The notes beneath the pieces were generated by a model. It made no database searches, was not told the origin of the DNA, and saw nothing but the letters and a program-made list of their open reading frames with translations. Both the position numbers and the translations under genes were made by a program. Source: Lama glama (lineage: Eukaryota). From it: 64,000 nucleotides of DNA. Positions within the stretch are counted from its first letter, which is position 1, and every line of letters starts with the position of its first letter. Where the stretch lies: assembly GCA_028534125.1 (NCBI GenBank), contig CM052824.1, positions 60,202,001-60,266,000 of the forward strand, in the 5' to 3' direction. This document shows, piece after piece, positions 48,011 through 60,924 of the stretch.

Positions 48011-51000
48011 CACACCCCGTAAAGGCCCCACCGAAGCCATCATGGAAGGACACGGGGCCTGGCACGTGAGCCTCCATGGCCCGAGAGGACTTGCGTTGCC
48101 CCGAACCCTTTATGGCAGGGGGTGAGTAAATGAATGAATGAGTTCACCCTCCATCACATCTCTCAGAGGCCCCTTTTGCAGACGGAGCCCAGGCAGGCTG
48201 TGGGACACAGGCGGGGGCCTGCCTCGCCAAGGCCCTGCCCACCACACTCCAGTAGAGCTGCCCCCGCTTATCCAAACTCCATGGCTTGGAGGAGCCCCCT
48301 GGGAACCTCACTCTTGTGGGGTTATTTTTGGAGCTGTTAATGATTCTGCTTGCCTTTCCAATGACCTCAAACGTTCCACTGCCCGAACCCCACCCCCTGT
48401 GCCGTGTGCCCAGCTGCCCCTCCTGCAGGCAAGGAGGCCCCGTGTGCACACCACCCTCCCTGCCTCAGTTTACTCTCCCGTTGGCATGGCCACGGGTCTT
48501 GGATGAGATGCACAGGTGGCGAGTGGTACCCACAGGTGTTGAAGGTTTTCTTCAGCTGTTGTGCTGGGATGAGAACAGGGGAGGCCGCCTCCCCGGCCAG
48601 GGAGCTGGGTCAGAGCCCGCTCGCCCTGGACTCTGAGCTGGGGCGCCCGGGCTCCGAGGACTTGTCAGCCGCCTTCCCCGAACACTCGCGGGGAAGGTGC
48701 ACGTAGCATTTTATTAGCTCAAAGCCGCTTTCCCCTTGATTTCCAAACCCATGTGTATTTATAAAGGAAATTTAATCGGGTTGTTTTTAATTCTCTCACA
48801 CTTAACTCATCAAAATGCTATTTGGTAAGAGCGAGACCAAACCAAGGGTTTCTCCGGAGTCGACGTTCAGAAGGGCCGCGCAGGGCTGGCCAGACACGGC
48901 CAGGTCCGGCCTGGAAGGACACGCGGGGGCTGAGGACGTGTTTCACTCTGCAGCGCTGCCTCCTTCCCTGCGGGGCCCGGGGAAAATTCCTGCGAGAACG
49001 TAAGGGTTAGGCCCTCTTCCATCGAGCATTTGGGGATCTTCAAATCTGGGTCCTGCACCCCAAGTTCAGCCCAAGTCCAGCCCAGCCCCCAGCTCTGAGG
49101 CCAGGTGGCCTAAGGATGCAGAGGGCTGACGTGGAGGCTGTGCAGCTTGCTCAAAGGTGCCTCCCTGAGACAGGAGACATCCCCAGGAAGGAGGGGAGGT
49201 CGTGTCCACAGCCGCCCTGCCTGAGCCCAGCCTCAGAGTCCAACTCCAGCAGGTGGACATCTCTGCTGTCCTCCAACGGCTGTCGCAGCCGGGCAGCCAG
49301 CTCTCCCAGCCATGTGCATCCCAGAACACAGTGACCATCCGTGGAACATGCCCTCCCTCTAACCCCTTGACCTTCCTTCTGCCACGAGAGGCCAGCTGGT
49401 CGTGCCAGGATGGGGAGGGGCAGCAGGAACATCCTCCCAAACCAGAGGGCAGAGGTCGCCTGTGAGTGTCCAAGAGAGGGACCCAAGGCAGCCAGGGCCC
49501 ACACATCCCTGCCCCAAGGTCGCTGCAAAGCTGCTGGAAACGGGGTGTGAAGTGCAGGCAGGGCAGGGCAGAGTAGCCACGGGAGCTGACTGGCCTGGGA
49601 AGCCAGGCTCCCGGGAGCGGGGTGTGTTGCCGGGGGCTCGAAGGGCGGGCAGCTAGGCCCCGGGCCAGGCAGAGTCCTCATGAGCAGGAGGAAGGTAGGG
49701 CCGCCCCTGTCCCCTGGGCACGGCCCCATCTCTCCTACCCCCCTGGCCTGGCTGGACTCCTGGACTCCCCAGTGGGGACCGGGCTCTCCACGTGCGCAAG
49801 CTCACACACACGTGCACACACTCCACACAGGCACTTAGCACCTTCACTGATGCCCGCACGTTGAGGCCCTGGGCCCCGCCTGCCCCCAGCTGTCCTTCCC
49901 CAGCCAGCTTGGCCAGCTGTGCGATGGGGGGCACCACCTCCCGAAATTCTCAGCCACTCCCTGCCGCCAGGGCCTCTCGGTTGCTTGGTGTCCAGTCCTA
50001 GGCTGTCTGGCCTCTCTTCCGTGTCCTCTTTGACACAGGGGAGCAGAGGGGGGAGGAGGGGAGATGCTGGGTGGGAGAGCCCCAGTGAGGACGCAGGCAG
50101 AGCACCTCGGGGCAAGGGGCTGCCCGACTCGCTCCTTCCTGGGTGACAAGTTCAGCGGGGCTGCAGCGCAGGGCCCAGGGCTCCTGGACTACCCTGAGAA
50201 GCCCTCCTGGAGGAGCCCAGAGTCCGCAGCCCTGGACCCCCGCCCTCCCCGCTGCTGCCCAGTGAGCCTGATGACCGGGGGCGAGGGGTCCCGGACAGGT
50301 GGCGGCTCTGTCGAGGGAGACGCAGGGCTCTGGCAGGTGGCTGCAGCCACCCAGGGGCAAGTATGGCCCCAGCACATGTGGGAGGACAGGGTCCACTGTC
50401 CCCTCCAGCTCCCTGGTGCCCTCCTTCCTCAAGCACACACTGTGCCCACTACTCAGGGCCTGACCTGTGTGGGGCCTGGGGACACGAGGACAACACGGGC
50501 TGGTCCTGCCTGGGAGTGGGGTCTCAGTCCAGTGGGGAGGTGACTGGTAGCTGGGAAGTGAGAGTCCAGGGTGGCCAGAGCTGGGACAGGGATGGACAGG
50601 GCTCGGGAAGACAAGGAGGCCCCAGTTCCACCTGGGGCGGGGCCTGGCCGAGAGGAAAGGACGGCTGAGGGGTTAGTGGCTTAGGCAGCTGGGCAGGGAG
50701 AACAATCCGGCGGGCGGTGTGAGGGAAGCCAGGGGTGGGCGGAGCTGCGGGGGTGGGAGCCGTGGCCTGCGGCCAAGCAGAAAGGCCTAGGTGACAGATG
50801 TCACCCCGAGGGCAACAGGCAGCCCCTGAGCAGGACGTGGGGTCTGGCTTGGGAGGACGGAGTGGCAGCCAGAGTCCCGGGGTCCCCAAAACCTCTCAGA
50901 AGTCTGCAGTTCTCCAGAGCAGAGGACCAGCCCATTACGCTGCCTTCGGCGGGCCAGCCTCTGCGTCCGCCATCTGAGTCTGATTCTGAGGTACAGCAGG

Positions 51001-51427
51001 CCCTTTGGGAGAGAGCCAGCTCCCAGGTGACAATCCGAGCAGCTGGCCGTGGCCCAAGGCGGCAGAGGCGTCTTCCACCACAGGGCGTTGGTGGCTGAGG
51101 GCAGGGACCCAGGGCAGACCCCTCAGGCCGCCAGCCCCAGATCGTTGGGGCCACACAGGCCACAGGAAGCTTCCAGCCCAGAGACCCAGAGACCCCTCCC
51201 CACCCAGGCGAGGGTCCCAGGTCGGCCCTCGGGAGGCAGACCTTGTTGCAGCCCCGAGGCCCGTGTCCTGCCCGTGGAGAAGGACGGTGAGCAGCTCCGG
51301 CCAGGGTGTCGGGCAGCCGACCCGGGGAGCTGCCGAACGCGGCCAGCCCGCCCCAAGGGGCCAGGGCAGGAGGGGCCCCAGGGAGCCTGCAGTCAATGGC
51401 CTTTTTATTCCATTTGATTTCACCTCC

Positions 51428-51623
51428 NNNNNNNNNNNNNNNNNNNNNNNNNNNNNNNNNNNNNNNNNNNNNNNNNNNNNNNNNNNNNNNNNNNNNNNNN
51501 NNNNNNNNNNNNNNNNNNNNNNNNNNNNNNNNNNNNNNNNNNNNNNNNNNNNNNNNNNNNNNNNNNNNNNNNNNNNNNNNNNNNNNNNNNNNNNNNNNNN
51601 NNNNNNNNNNNNNNNNNNNNNNN
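51428..51623. other. Assembly gap (196 N)
   Basis: N run with unique AT-rich flanks. Confidence 0.98.
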
Positions 51624-52029
51624 TGCCTTCCCTATATGGAGTTTCCAAATAATAAAATATCTTTGATTCCCTGCTGATGTCAGACGAGAACCTGTTAGTG
51701 TGCAAGCAAACTGTCATTTTTTTTAAGAGGGCCCATTAGCGTCTTAAAGACGCAGGCGAGCCCTTCGCGGAGGGCGAAGGGTCTGGGGAGAGCCTGTGCA
51801 GAACCGCCTGTCCGTCCGAGCTGCCCCTTCTCCTGCAGGGTCCCTGGCCTCTCTCCTGGGCACACAGAGGCCATGTCTCCAACCCTGGGGCCGGGTGAAC
51901 CCCAATGCCCCATCGGCCGCAGCACCACCTCCCCTAAGTTCAGTGGTGATGCCTCCTGTCCAGGCCGGGGAGGGCACCCATGCCCCCTGCTCCGGAGGCG
52001 GCCCCTCAGGAGCCCACACCTGGCGCTAG

Positions 52030-52160
52030 GCTCGGACTCGACCTTGCATAACTCCCAGGAAAACTCTCATTGTTTTCCTTTGCTGCTCACAAACCCGGGG
52101 AGGGGGGCCTCCCCATTTCACAGATGGGAACAACAAGGTTCATGGGGCTCAGAACTGCAG
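52030..52160 (-). mobile_element. MIR SINE fragment
   Basis: ctcacaaacccgggga...ccccatttcacagatgggaacaac. Confidence 0.5.
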
Positions 52161-55100
52161 CGAGCCTGAGGGGCCCAGGACCCAGGCAGCTGCATCCCCT
52201 GAGCCCAGTCATGCTCCCTTCGTGGCCCCCGGGTCCCGCCCCTCCCCGAGTTCAGGCTGGCGATGCGTCTGCTCCTTGGAGCGGAGTGCAGGCTGCGGGT
52301 CATCCCAGGGCGGAGACTCGGAGCCGGGGAGAACTCACCGCGAGCTCTGGCAGAGCTCCTAGCGCTGGCGACCCCACGCTGCGCAGCGGGGGCCTCGAAC
52401 GGAGGGTGGGGCAACCGGGAGGGCTTCCCTGCGACAGTGACGGTGGCCCAGCCCAGGGCTAGCTACCACTCTCTGGGTGGCATTTGGGTGGCAGCTCGCA
52501 CAGCCCGCACACCAGCCATCCCCAGGCTCACAGTGCCTGGAATCAGTGCACTGATTTCACGGTGCCAAGTTTGCGACAGGGCCCCGTGCCGGCCGGGAGC
52601 CCCTGTGTGGGGCACCCGCCAGGTAAGCACCGTTGCCGTCACTGCTGAGAGCCCTGGCCCTGCCGTGTCTTCCTCTCCGGCCAGGACAAAGCTTGAAGAC
52701 CACCTCCAAGGACGGGGCAGCCGGGGGCCCCAGGAGAACCAGCCCCTCCGGCAGCATCCCGTGGCTTTCCTGAGGCCCTCGGGCCTCGTCTGGACTGCCC
52801 AACAGCCCTGGCCCTTCTCCAGGGGATGGGAGGTGGGGACACAGACATACTCCTTCATCCAATTTCTGAGATATGGTCAGAACACACGCTGGGGCAGGAC
52901 AGGCCATCCAGAGTCCCCAGGCCTTGGCTGTGCCAGGACCGCCTTGGGGGAAGCCGAGAGGGTCGGCTCCGCCCAGCACCCCCGAGGGAGGACTTCGCAG
53001 AGCTTTGGGCTGTCCTGCCGCTCACTCCAGCCCCTCCCGCAGAGGGACCAGCTCCTGGGGTGCGGTCCGTCCGGGGAGCTCACTGCCCTTTCACCAGCCC
53101 CTCCCTCAGGAGCAGGCCTGCCCGGCCTCTCGGCCCCCTGCCGGGCGGGGTGCTGGGTGGAAACAAACGTGCCCCGTCTGTTCAGTTCTCTCCCCTCCAC
53201 CCCCCCCAAATCTCTGCCTCTCAGGAATAATTCTTTCTAGTAATTTACTTGCAAAACATTTGGCCATTAACACCCAGCCGAGAGTGGATGGCGGGTCACA
53301 GACTGTTAAACCCTCCACACCTGGGTCCTGTCGGCCTGTGTCACTCTGCCCGGGCGGGAGGCTGGCAAGTGCGGCCTCGTTCTCTGGCGGGCAGGAGTGA
53401 CCTGTCATTAGGGGGCCCCTGAGGCCCTGGGAGGACCCACTGTGGCCCCTTGGCAAGGGCCCGTGGGAGGAGTCCACGTCCCAGGTTTGTCTTCGGGGCC
53501 ACAGGAAGCAGAATGTCTGCCGAGCTGACCTGGATGTTTGCACCCAGCAGGGGCGGGAGACCCGGGACCCAGGACTCCGACCCCACCCAGCCAGGCGGGA
53601 GCCCCCACCAGTGCTGGCCGGCGGGTCCCCGCCCCCGGGAGAGACCCACGTCCTGTTGGGCTTCCCGTGAGCATGGTGCCCCCTGGGAGGCCTTGGTTTC
53701 CAGGGGTCTGAGGGACAAGGGGCTGCTGAGGGAGTCCCTGCACCCCAGGGGCCTGGGGGCAATGATCCTTCTCCCCTGGCCCCAAGGACTCAGCGCTGGG
53801 CTGCTCAGGGAAGGGGAAGCCTCCTAGTGGCCAGATACCCCCAACACACCCTCCCCAAGGAGAAGGAGGGGCACCAGGGGCAGCGCCTCCCCAGCCTCAC
53901 AGCAGGTGGCCGCTGCCCTCCCAGGTCAAGTTCAGTCACCTCTGTGTTTGTGGTCCAACCTGGTCTAGGACCCTCCCACCTCCCAGCCCTCAGCTCCCCA
54001 CAAACCCGCACACCACCGGAGACCAGGAGCACTGGGTGGACGCACGCGCGCATGTGTGTGTGGGGCAGGGCGTGGCCTCACACAGGACGTGTGCACACGC
54101 ATCTTCTTGTCCATGTGTCCGTGTGGGCGTCCGTGTGTGCGTGCATACAGGGTTAGTCCTCCCACAGGTACACACATGATTTGGTGACAAAGATCGACAC
54201 TGTGGGGTGGGGAGGAGCGGGGAGGGGAGCCCCGGGAGCCCTGAGACTGGGGTGTGGCCTGGTGGACTGCAGGGGTGGGCCTGCCCTGGCCGTCCCCACT
54301 GCACCACGAGCCTGGTCCCTGGACCCTGAGGGGACACTGGACTTGGAGCACCATTTAGGGACCCTGGTTCCATTTCAGGGACAAGAGACAGGACACAGCG
54401 CCCACAAGGGAGCCACTCAAGGTCATAGAGCTGCGAGGGGCATAGCCAGGCTTCAGCCCTGAGCTGGGGTCCAGGCTAGCTTTCGAGGTGGCCAAGGACC
54501 ACCCCCAAGACGGTCACTCAAAACCTTGAGCCCTCCGGGCTTTGGGACGTCCCAAGGATGCAGGGACTTGCGCGACCCCAGTCCTGTCCTCGCAGAGGTC
54601 AAAGCCACCAGGGCAGGAGTGTCACCCCCTGGAGGACTTGCGGTTCAGCTGGGCCTGCCGCCCTCCCCCTGCGCGGTCTCCGCTTGGGAAGGCCTGGAGG
54701 GAAGAGCCTCGCCCGCAGGACGTGGGAAACGGAGACTCGGAGCGTTAATTAGGACGCTGGATTGCAAGCGACAGAAACTCCACCCCACCCCGGCGTCACC
54801 CAGACCACCGGCACCGTGGCTGCCGTCCTGCCATTCAGGGTTCGCGGCTCAGGGCCCAGACAAAGCCGCCAGCAGCTGAGGGCACTCGGCCTCCAGGAAA
54901 GGCTGTTTCCAGACGCCCCCCACCGCACCTCTGCCGCGCCCCCTCCTGCCACGCCAAAGGCTTTATAGAGGCCCGCGCGGCGCACCAGAGAAAACCCCAC
55001 TATCATTAAGGGATTTAACGACAGCTTTGCCCAATATTGGGGATTTGTTACGGCTCTCATTACACATTTTAACAAGCACACTTCCCCGTGACACAGCCCC

Positions 55101-58100
55101 GCGTGAGGGCTGCCCTCGCCCTCCGCCGTGTGTTCCTTTCATTAGAATGCGTTTTATGGAGCCACCGATCACAGACGCGCGGCCAGCCCACAGCCTGGCT
55201 CGCCGGCCCGGTGTCGTGCGCCGGGTGGCCGGCGGTGCGCCCGTGGGTCTGTGCCCACCCCCGGGAGCAAGGAGAAGGGTCCCTGTGCCCGGACCCTGCC
55301 CTTCCGACGCCCTCGGCCCGGTGAGCGGGGAACGACCCGGGACAGAGCCCGGACCGAGGGTGAGGGTTCCGATCCCTCGGCTACATGATCCCAGATGGAC
55401 CTCAGTCTCCCCACGTGTGAGGACCGGGCATCCGAGCAGACAAATGACTTTCAGCTTATTTTAGCAGCTGGATTCTGTTTGGCCACAAACCACAAAATAG
55501 TTTAAAACAAAAAGTTAAGGCAGAAATGAAGCTGACTCCATAGAAGCAGAACTTGGCCGCCCTGCGCCCCACCCAGGAGGCCTTGGAACACCCCAAATAC
55601 CTGGGAGGCCTCAGGACACAGCCAGAAAGCCATTCGGTGGTTGAGGCCTGCGAGGGCCCCCAGCCCTGCGACTGGAGGCAGCCTGCCTCGGCCCCGGGGC
55701 TCTGCCCGCCTGTCAGACCTACCAGCTCAGCTCTCCAGGGCCCCAGGGCAGGTCAGGGCCCTAGGCCCAGGCACAGGTCTAGCTGATTCCTGAGGCCGAG
55801 CCCCAGCTTCCAAGGTGCACGTCCCCCCGGCAGTGTGTCTTCTGAGTCCTCTGCCCCAAGCCGCCCACGCCCGGGCCACGATGGACATCCGCCTGGTTCA
55901 CAAATGGGGAATGTCGCCTCCCTGGGGGGCAGTTGGAGGCAAGCCCACTCGTAGCCGAGGCTAATTCCTGCCAAGAAACTTCTAGATAAGCAAGATTTCC
56001 ATTGGAAGGAGCTGGAGGAACAGGGCACGGGTGGACCGGGAGCCCCTGCTCCCTCCAGTTCCACGCCCAGAGCCCCCTCGGGCACTGGCCACAGCCCACA
56101 GTGGCCACCCAAGCCTGGGATGGCAGCAGCCTCCGGGTGCCCAGAGTCCCCTGCACGTGGCCCCTCTGCAGCCTCCAAACGTGGGTGAGCTCCGTCAACA
56201 CCGCAACGGTCTCAGACTCCCCTGTGCCTGCAGTGCCAGTTCTGAAACTGTGTGTAAACTGTTGGCTCTGCGGAAGTCAGTGGTGGGGCCCGGGCGAGGG
56301 CCAAGGCCAGGGGGGCCCTGGCAGGTGGTCAGAGAGCAGGGAAGAGGGGCCATCTCCCGGGTCCCTGACGCCTCCGGCCTCCAGGGTGCAGGGACAAGCA
56401 GGGCCCAGAAAGCAGTCACGCTGCCCCTTATTCTGGAAGGATCCCTGGGGATGGAAACCGTCCCTGAGGTCACCCCGTCCTCCCTCCTGTCCCCAGGCAA
56501 AAGCCCCTGGGACAGAAATCTGCTGGAGCCGGGGAGAGAGCGGGGGACACAGCCGCGCTGTGACGAGCCCCCCCAGCCCGCCCCCCAGAAAGGAGCGGAG
56601 AGATAAATAAATAGCAAAGCCTGGCGATCGGGCTGGGCACGGCCCGGCGATTCTGTCCACAATACCCCGCATTCATTACGCGCCTTACAGACGTGTGCTG
56701 TGTCTGGGAAACAGGAAGTGGCCGTCAGTCTCCCGTGTAAACGCCATCCGAGGCCCGCGCACCAGGCATGTTCTCAATCAGGAAGCAGGCAGTAAATAAA
56801 CATTTACGTCCCGCGGCCGCGCGCACCGCCTGCCCCCGGGCTGCGGAGGGGCACGGAGAGCGGAAATTTGTTTAGTCCTATAAAAGCACAGGCCGTATAT
56901 CAATAGACGATTAAAAATGGAAATGCGGCCGCCTAATGGACGGTATTGATTTTAATAAGCGTTAAGTACAGGGAGTTCAAAGATAAGGGCTGCGGGGCCA
57001 TCGCTCCACGCTCCAAGAAAGCGACTCACGCGAAGCACAGGAAGCAAAAATCCTCTTTTCCAAATGGAAACTTTCACCTAGCCTGTTAGGGTCCGGGGGA
57101 GCGGCTTCCGGATCAGCGTCCGTTTCAGGGTATCAGCGTGCCGTGGATGGTGTATTAAGTTCTTTCTGCCCCGGGGTCAGGCACGCTGCCCTCCGAACAG
57201 CAGCGGCGCGAGCCGTGCACCGGGGCTCGGCCAGGTCCCCGCGGGGCGCCCGAGCCCGGCTGGTGTCCCCGGCTGCGCGACGCTCCCACCCACCCTGGTT
57301 GCCCCGTGTGGCTAGAGAGCCCCGGGGCCGCAGGGCTGCAGCCGGGCTGAACCCCTCTGTGCTCATCTCAGCTTCCATCCTAAATCCGAAAGCGGCCTGC
57401 ACGCTCTGGAGACGCTGAGGCCGCGCTAATTCGCACATGGAGGGCAGCTGAGGTCTGGGCTGGGTTCACTCAGGAGGCGAGAGCAAGGCTGCAGCCCCTG
57501 AACCCCGAGGCAGACTCGGGGCCCTGTGCTCCCCGCCTCTCAGCTGCAGCACTGGTCACTGAGGGACCACTCAGCCAGTGGGGTGTGAGCCCCACTGGCC
57601 CACCAGGGCACTCAGTGCCTGAGGGTCCGACCAAGCACAGCCCAGCAGTCACTCCGCTGCCCCATGGAGAGGCGGCCACAAACGTCCCCCAAAGTCCAGG
57701 CTCCCCTGACCTCTTCGTAGGAGAGGACCTGCTCCATCCGTAACACTGGCTCTTCTCCCCCAGCGGCCGTGCGGGGGTCCCCAGGGCGCCGGGCCCTGAG
57801 AGAGGACCACGAGGAGACACCCACCCGGAGCACCAGGCGTCTGCCTGGGGCCTCGCTTCCCGGCGGCCGAGGAGACGATGGCTCTGTGACAATGACCAGA
57901 CTGGCATCCACCCATCCACTCAGCCCTTAACCAAACCAGGACCAGTTTGCGGCCGACCGGGGCGGGACCAGGAGGTTCCCGGACTGGGAAAGACCACGGG
58001 GCACTCCGACCGCCACAGGCGGCCACTTAGACTCTTCTGATAAATTATTTCGTCTAGCGCCTGCTTTCCAGGCGACCTCTTTGGCTCCAAACGTCCTATA

Positions 58101-58334
58101 AATCACTTCTCTTCGAGTGGGAAACCGAATTTTACCCAAGTCTCAGCTCCTAAGTGGGTGAGTTTCTTTGTCTGGGGAGATCCCTCATCTGACCCCACCA
58201 GCTGGTCAGGCCGAGGCAGCGCCGTGGGGGTGATGGAGGGGGACGGGCTGGAGTGCCTGTGGCCCCGAGGGGCAGGTTTTCTTAGAAAACTGGAGGGCGA
58301 AAGCGTGGACAGGTGGGTTCTGGTGGGGGCAGGG

Positions 58335-58657
58335 GTGCTTCCGAGCCTCGGGGCTGCAAGAACGAACCACAAACTGAACCCTTATTCTCTAGCTATCTGG
58401 AGGCCCCAAGTCTGAGGTCAAGGCGTCGGTAGGGTCGCGCTTCCTCCAGACTCCAGGGGCGGGTGCCTCCATCTGCCCACAGCCGTCCGCTGTATGTCCT
58501 CCTCCGTGGGCCTGAATCTCCCTCTTCCTATAAGGACAGCCGTCACTGGATCAGGGCTCACTCTAACGACCTCAGCCGAATTTGACGACGTCTGCAAACG
58601 ACGTCCACAGGTTCCGGTGGACATGAATTTGGGGGACACTGCTTAACCCGTCCCACA
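58335..58657 (-). mobile_element. MaLR LTR, MLT1B/C-like
   Basis: tctggaggccccaagtctgaggtcaaggcgtcggtaggg...cttcctataaggacagccgtcactggatcagggc...tctgcaaac...ggacatgaatttgggggacactgcttaaccc. Confidence 0.85.
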
Positions 58658-59119
58658 GGGTCAGCTAAGTCTCCCTAGAGAGGGACCCTCTCCGTCTCCA
58701 TTCCCCGAAAGAGCGGGCTCTGCCCCTCAGTGGAGGCACTGAGCTCGGGTAGTGGGTGATTTGTTGGCGATGTAGGCCCCCTGGACCCCTCCACTTGCGC
58801 TAGCCCTCCCCAAGCCAGCAGGGCAGCTCAGCCCAACCTCAGACCTCTCACCGGTCAAGGGTCTTTTTACTCCTCAGCTGGAAGTCTTGGCTGGACACCA
58901 CCCCCTTGGAAATGCCGCCTCCTGTTGCCTTCCCCGGAACCTCCTGCCCTTTGTCTCTGGTTTTCACATCATAACTGGAACGACAGGCTGGGTCATTTCT
59001 ATTCCTGTAAGGCGTGAACGCCACAGGGGCACAGACTTACCTACTGGTTCACCTCCACATCCCTGAGCCGGCGTGGTTCTTGGTAAATGGCCACTTGGAC
59101 ATAGTCATTAAATGAAGGT

Positions 59120-59280
59120 GTGGAAGGATGGCTGAATGGATGGGTGTATGTGGATCGATGGGTGGATAGAGTAGACGATGCATTGAAGGATAGATGGATA
59201 CATGGATGGATTGATGGATGAATGGACAGATGGATGGATGAGTTAAATGTGTGAATGGGTCCTTGGGTGGTTGCATGGGT
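59120..59280. repeat. (GGAT)n microsatellite running into a gap
   Basis: ggatggctgaatggatgggt...gatggatacatggatggattgatggatgaatggacagatggatggatg. Confidence 0.9.
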
Positions 59281-59477
59281 NNNNNNNNNNNNNNNNNNNN
59301 NNNNNNNNNNNNNNNNNNNNNNNNNNNNNNNNNNNNNNNNNNNNNNNNNNNNNNNNNNNNNNNNNNNNNNNNNNNNNNNNNNNNNNNNNNNNNNNNNNNN
59401 NNNNNNNNNNNNNNNNNNNNNNNNNNNNNNNNNNNNNNNNNNNNNNNNNNNNNNNNNNNNNNNNNNNNNNNNNNNNN
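59281..59477. other. Assembly gap (197 N)
   Basis: N run. Confidence 0.98.
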
Positions 59478-59841
59478 CCTTACTCAATGTTGCATCTTCA
59501 GGTCCAGCACAGGCCACAGCACACAGATGCTGGGGGGTGAGCGGGTGATGGAGGACGTGGAAAGAAGGAAGGAACGCAGTGGGTAAGTAGGAAGGTTTGA
59601 CCCTCACATCAAGGTTACAGAAACAAGCACAGGGTATCACGCTTCCAGCCCCACCTGCTCCGGCGGGAACGGCGCGTTTTCACGGAGCTGGGCGCGCAGC
59701 AGCCCTGGGCATGGGCTGCCTGAGCACGTTCGTGAAGGACACCCTTATGCCTGTTCTCTCTTTGCTCCAGGGTCACAATGCACAATGGTCCCCACTAGGT
59801 AAGTGACACTTTTCAGTTTTGCCCTAAGACTTCCTCTTCTT

Positions 59842-60146
59842 CGGGGTCAGACAGTTTTCCCATAAAGGACCAGAAAGTGACAGTTCAGGCTGCGTGACCC
59901 TGAGTGACCTGCCTGCCGTTGAGACAGGAAAGCTGCCGTCGGTAACACGTGACAAGAGGGTGTGGCTGAATCCCCTAAAAGCTTTATGGACATGAGTTGG
60001 AATGTCATCTAAAGTTCAAGTGTCATGAAATTTAATTCCTCATTCTTTCCAACCTTTTAAAAATGTAAAGACCCTCCTTAGATTGTGCTCCATTCCAGAA
60101 CGGATGGCAGGCCAGGTCTGGTCTAGCGACTGCATTTGCAACCCCT
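59842..60146 (+). mobile_element. MER58B-like hAT-Charlie MITE, near full length
   Basis: Degenerate TIRs cggggtcagaca ... tttgcaacccct, with internal taaaggaccagaaagt, gggtgtggctg, ctttatggaca, caaccttttaaaaatgtaaagacc and ggcaggccagg matching the recalled MER58B consensus. Confidence 0.75.
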
Positions 60147-60924
60147 CTCCTAGGGCAAGTCACTGCCTTTTTTTCCCTAAGAGGCTACAGTTTGGGGAAC
60201 ATGAGTGTGCTCATTCCATAAATGATTCTCAGACTTGACAGACCACGGGCGGATTCTCCCCGCATTTCATCCTTTCCGACAGAAGTTCAAGTCACACACG
60301 CGTGGTGCTTAGTCAGCAACTGCTACGGTCATGCCGAGTAACGAAGCTCCCCGGGGCGGTCTGGCCCACCCCCAAGCACAGGCCCCAATCCTCAGCCCCA
60401 CGGTTTGCAGGCCCATGTGGTCTGGCTGGGCCACGCCGGGCCCAGCTGGGCGGCTCTGCCTGGGGCTGATTTGGGGGACCAGACTGTGTGCTTCTGGGGC
60501 CTGGGCTGCAGGGAGTGTGCCCAGCAGGCAGGCAGGAGACCTCTGCCCAAATCACGACGCCCACATGGAGAGAAGTCACAGGGCCCTGCCCAGAGTTCCC
60601 AGGGGAGCCCCACACCCGCCCTGAAGAGGTGGGGTGAGTATTTGCCGAGCAACGATCCAAACTAGCACATATGGTCTCGTTAGTTTCTCTAAGTGACTAT
60701 TAATTCCATTAATAGCCTGTGGGCTCTGCATCCTGGGGCCACGTCCGCGCTGCTCGCCTCTGGAAAGCTCTGAGCAAATATTTGTTTGGTGAGAGTGACA
60801 CCCAGATGTCTGCTCTCCCATTTACACGACGTTATTGCCCCGTTTCTCCCCAGCGTCCTGGAGCAGCTGCACTGGAGGAGTGATCTGGGCGACACTCCAC
60901 CCTCAGGACACCTTCCTGTCGGTC

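Noticed and set aside
52263-53240. 325-aa plus-strand ORF
   Set aside because: Low-complexity GC-driven composition and no motif support.
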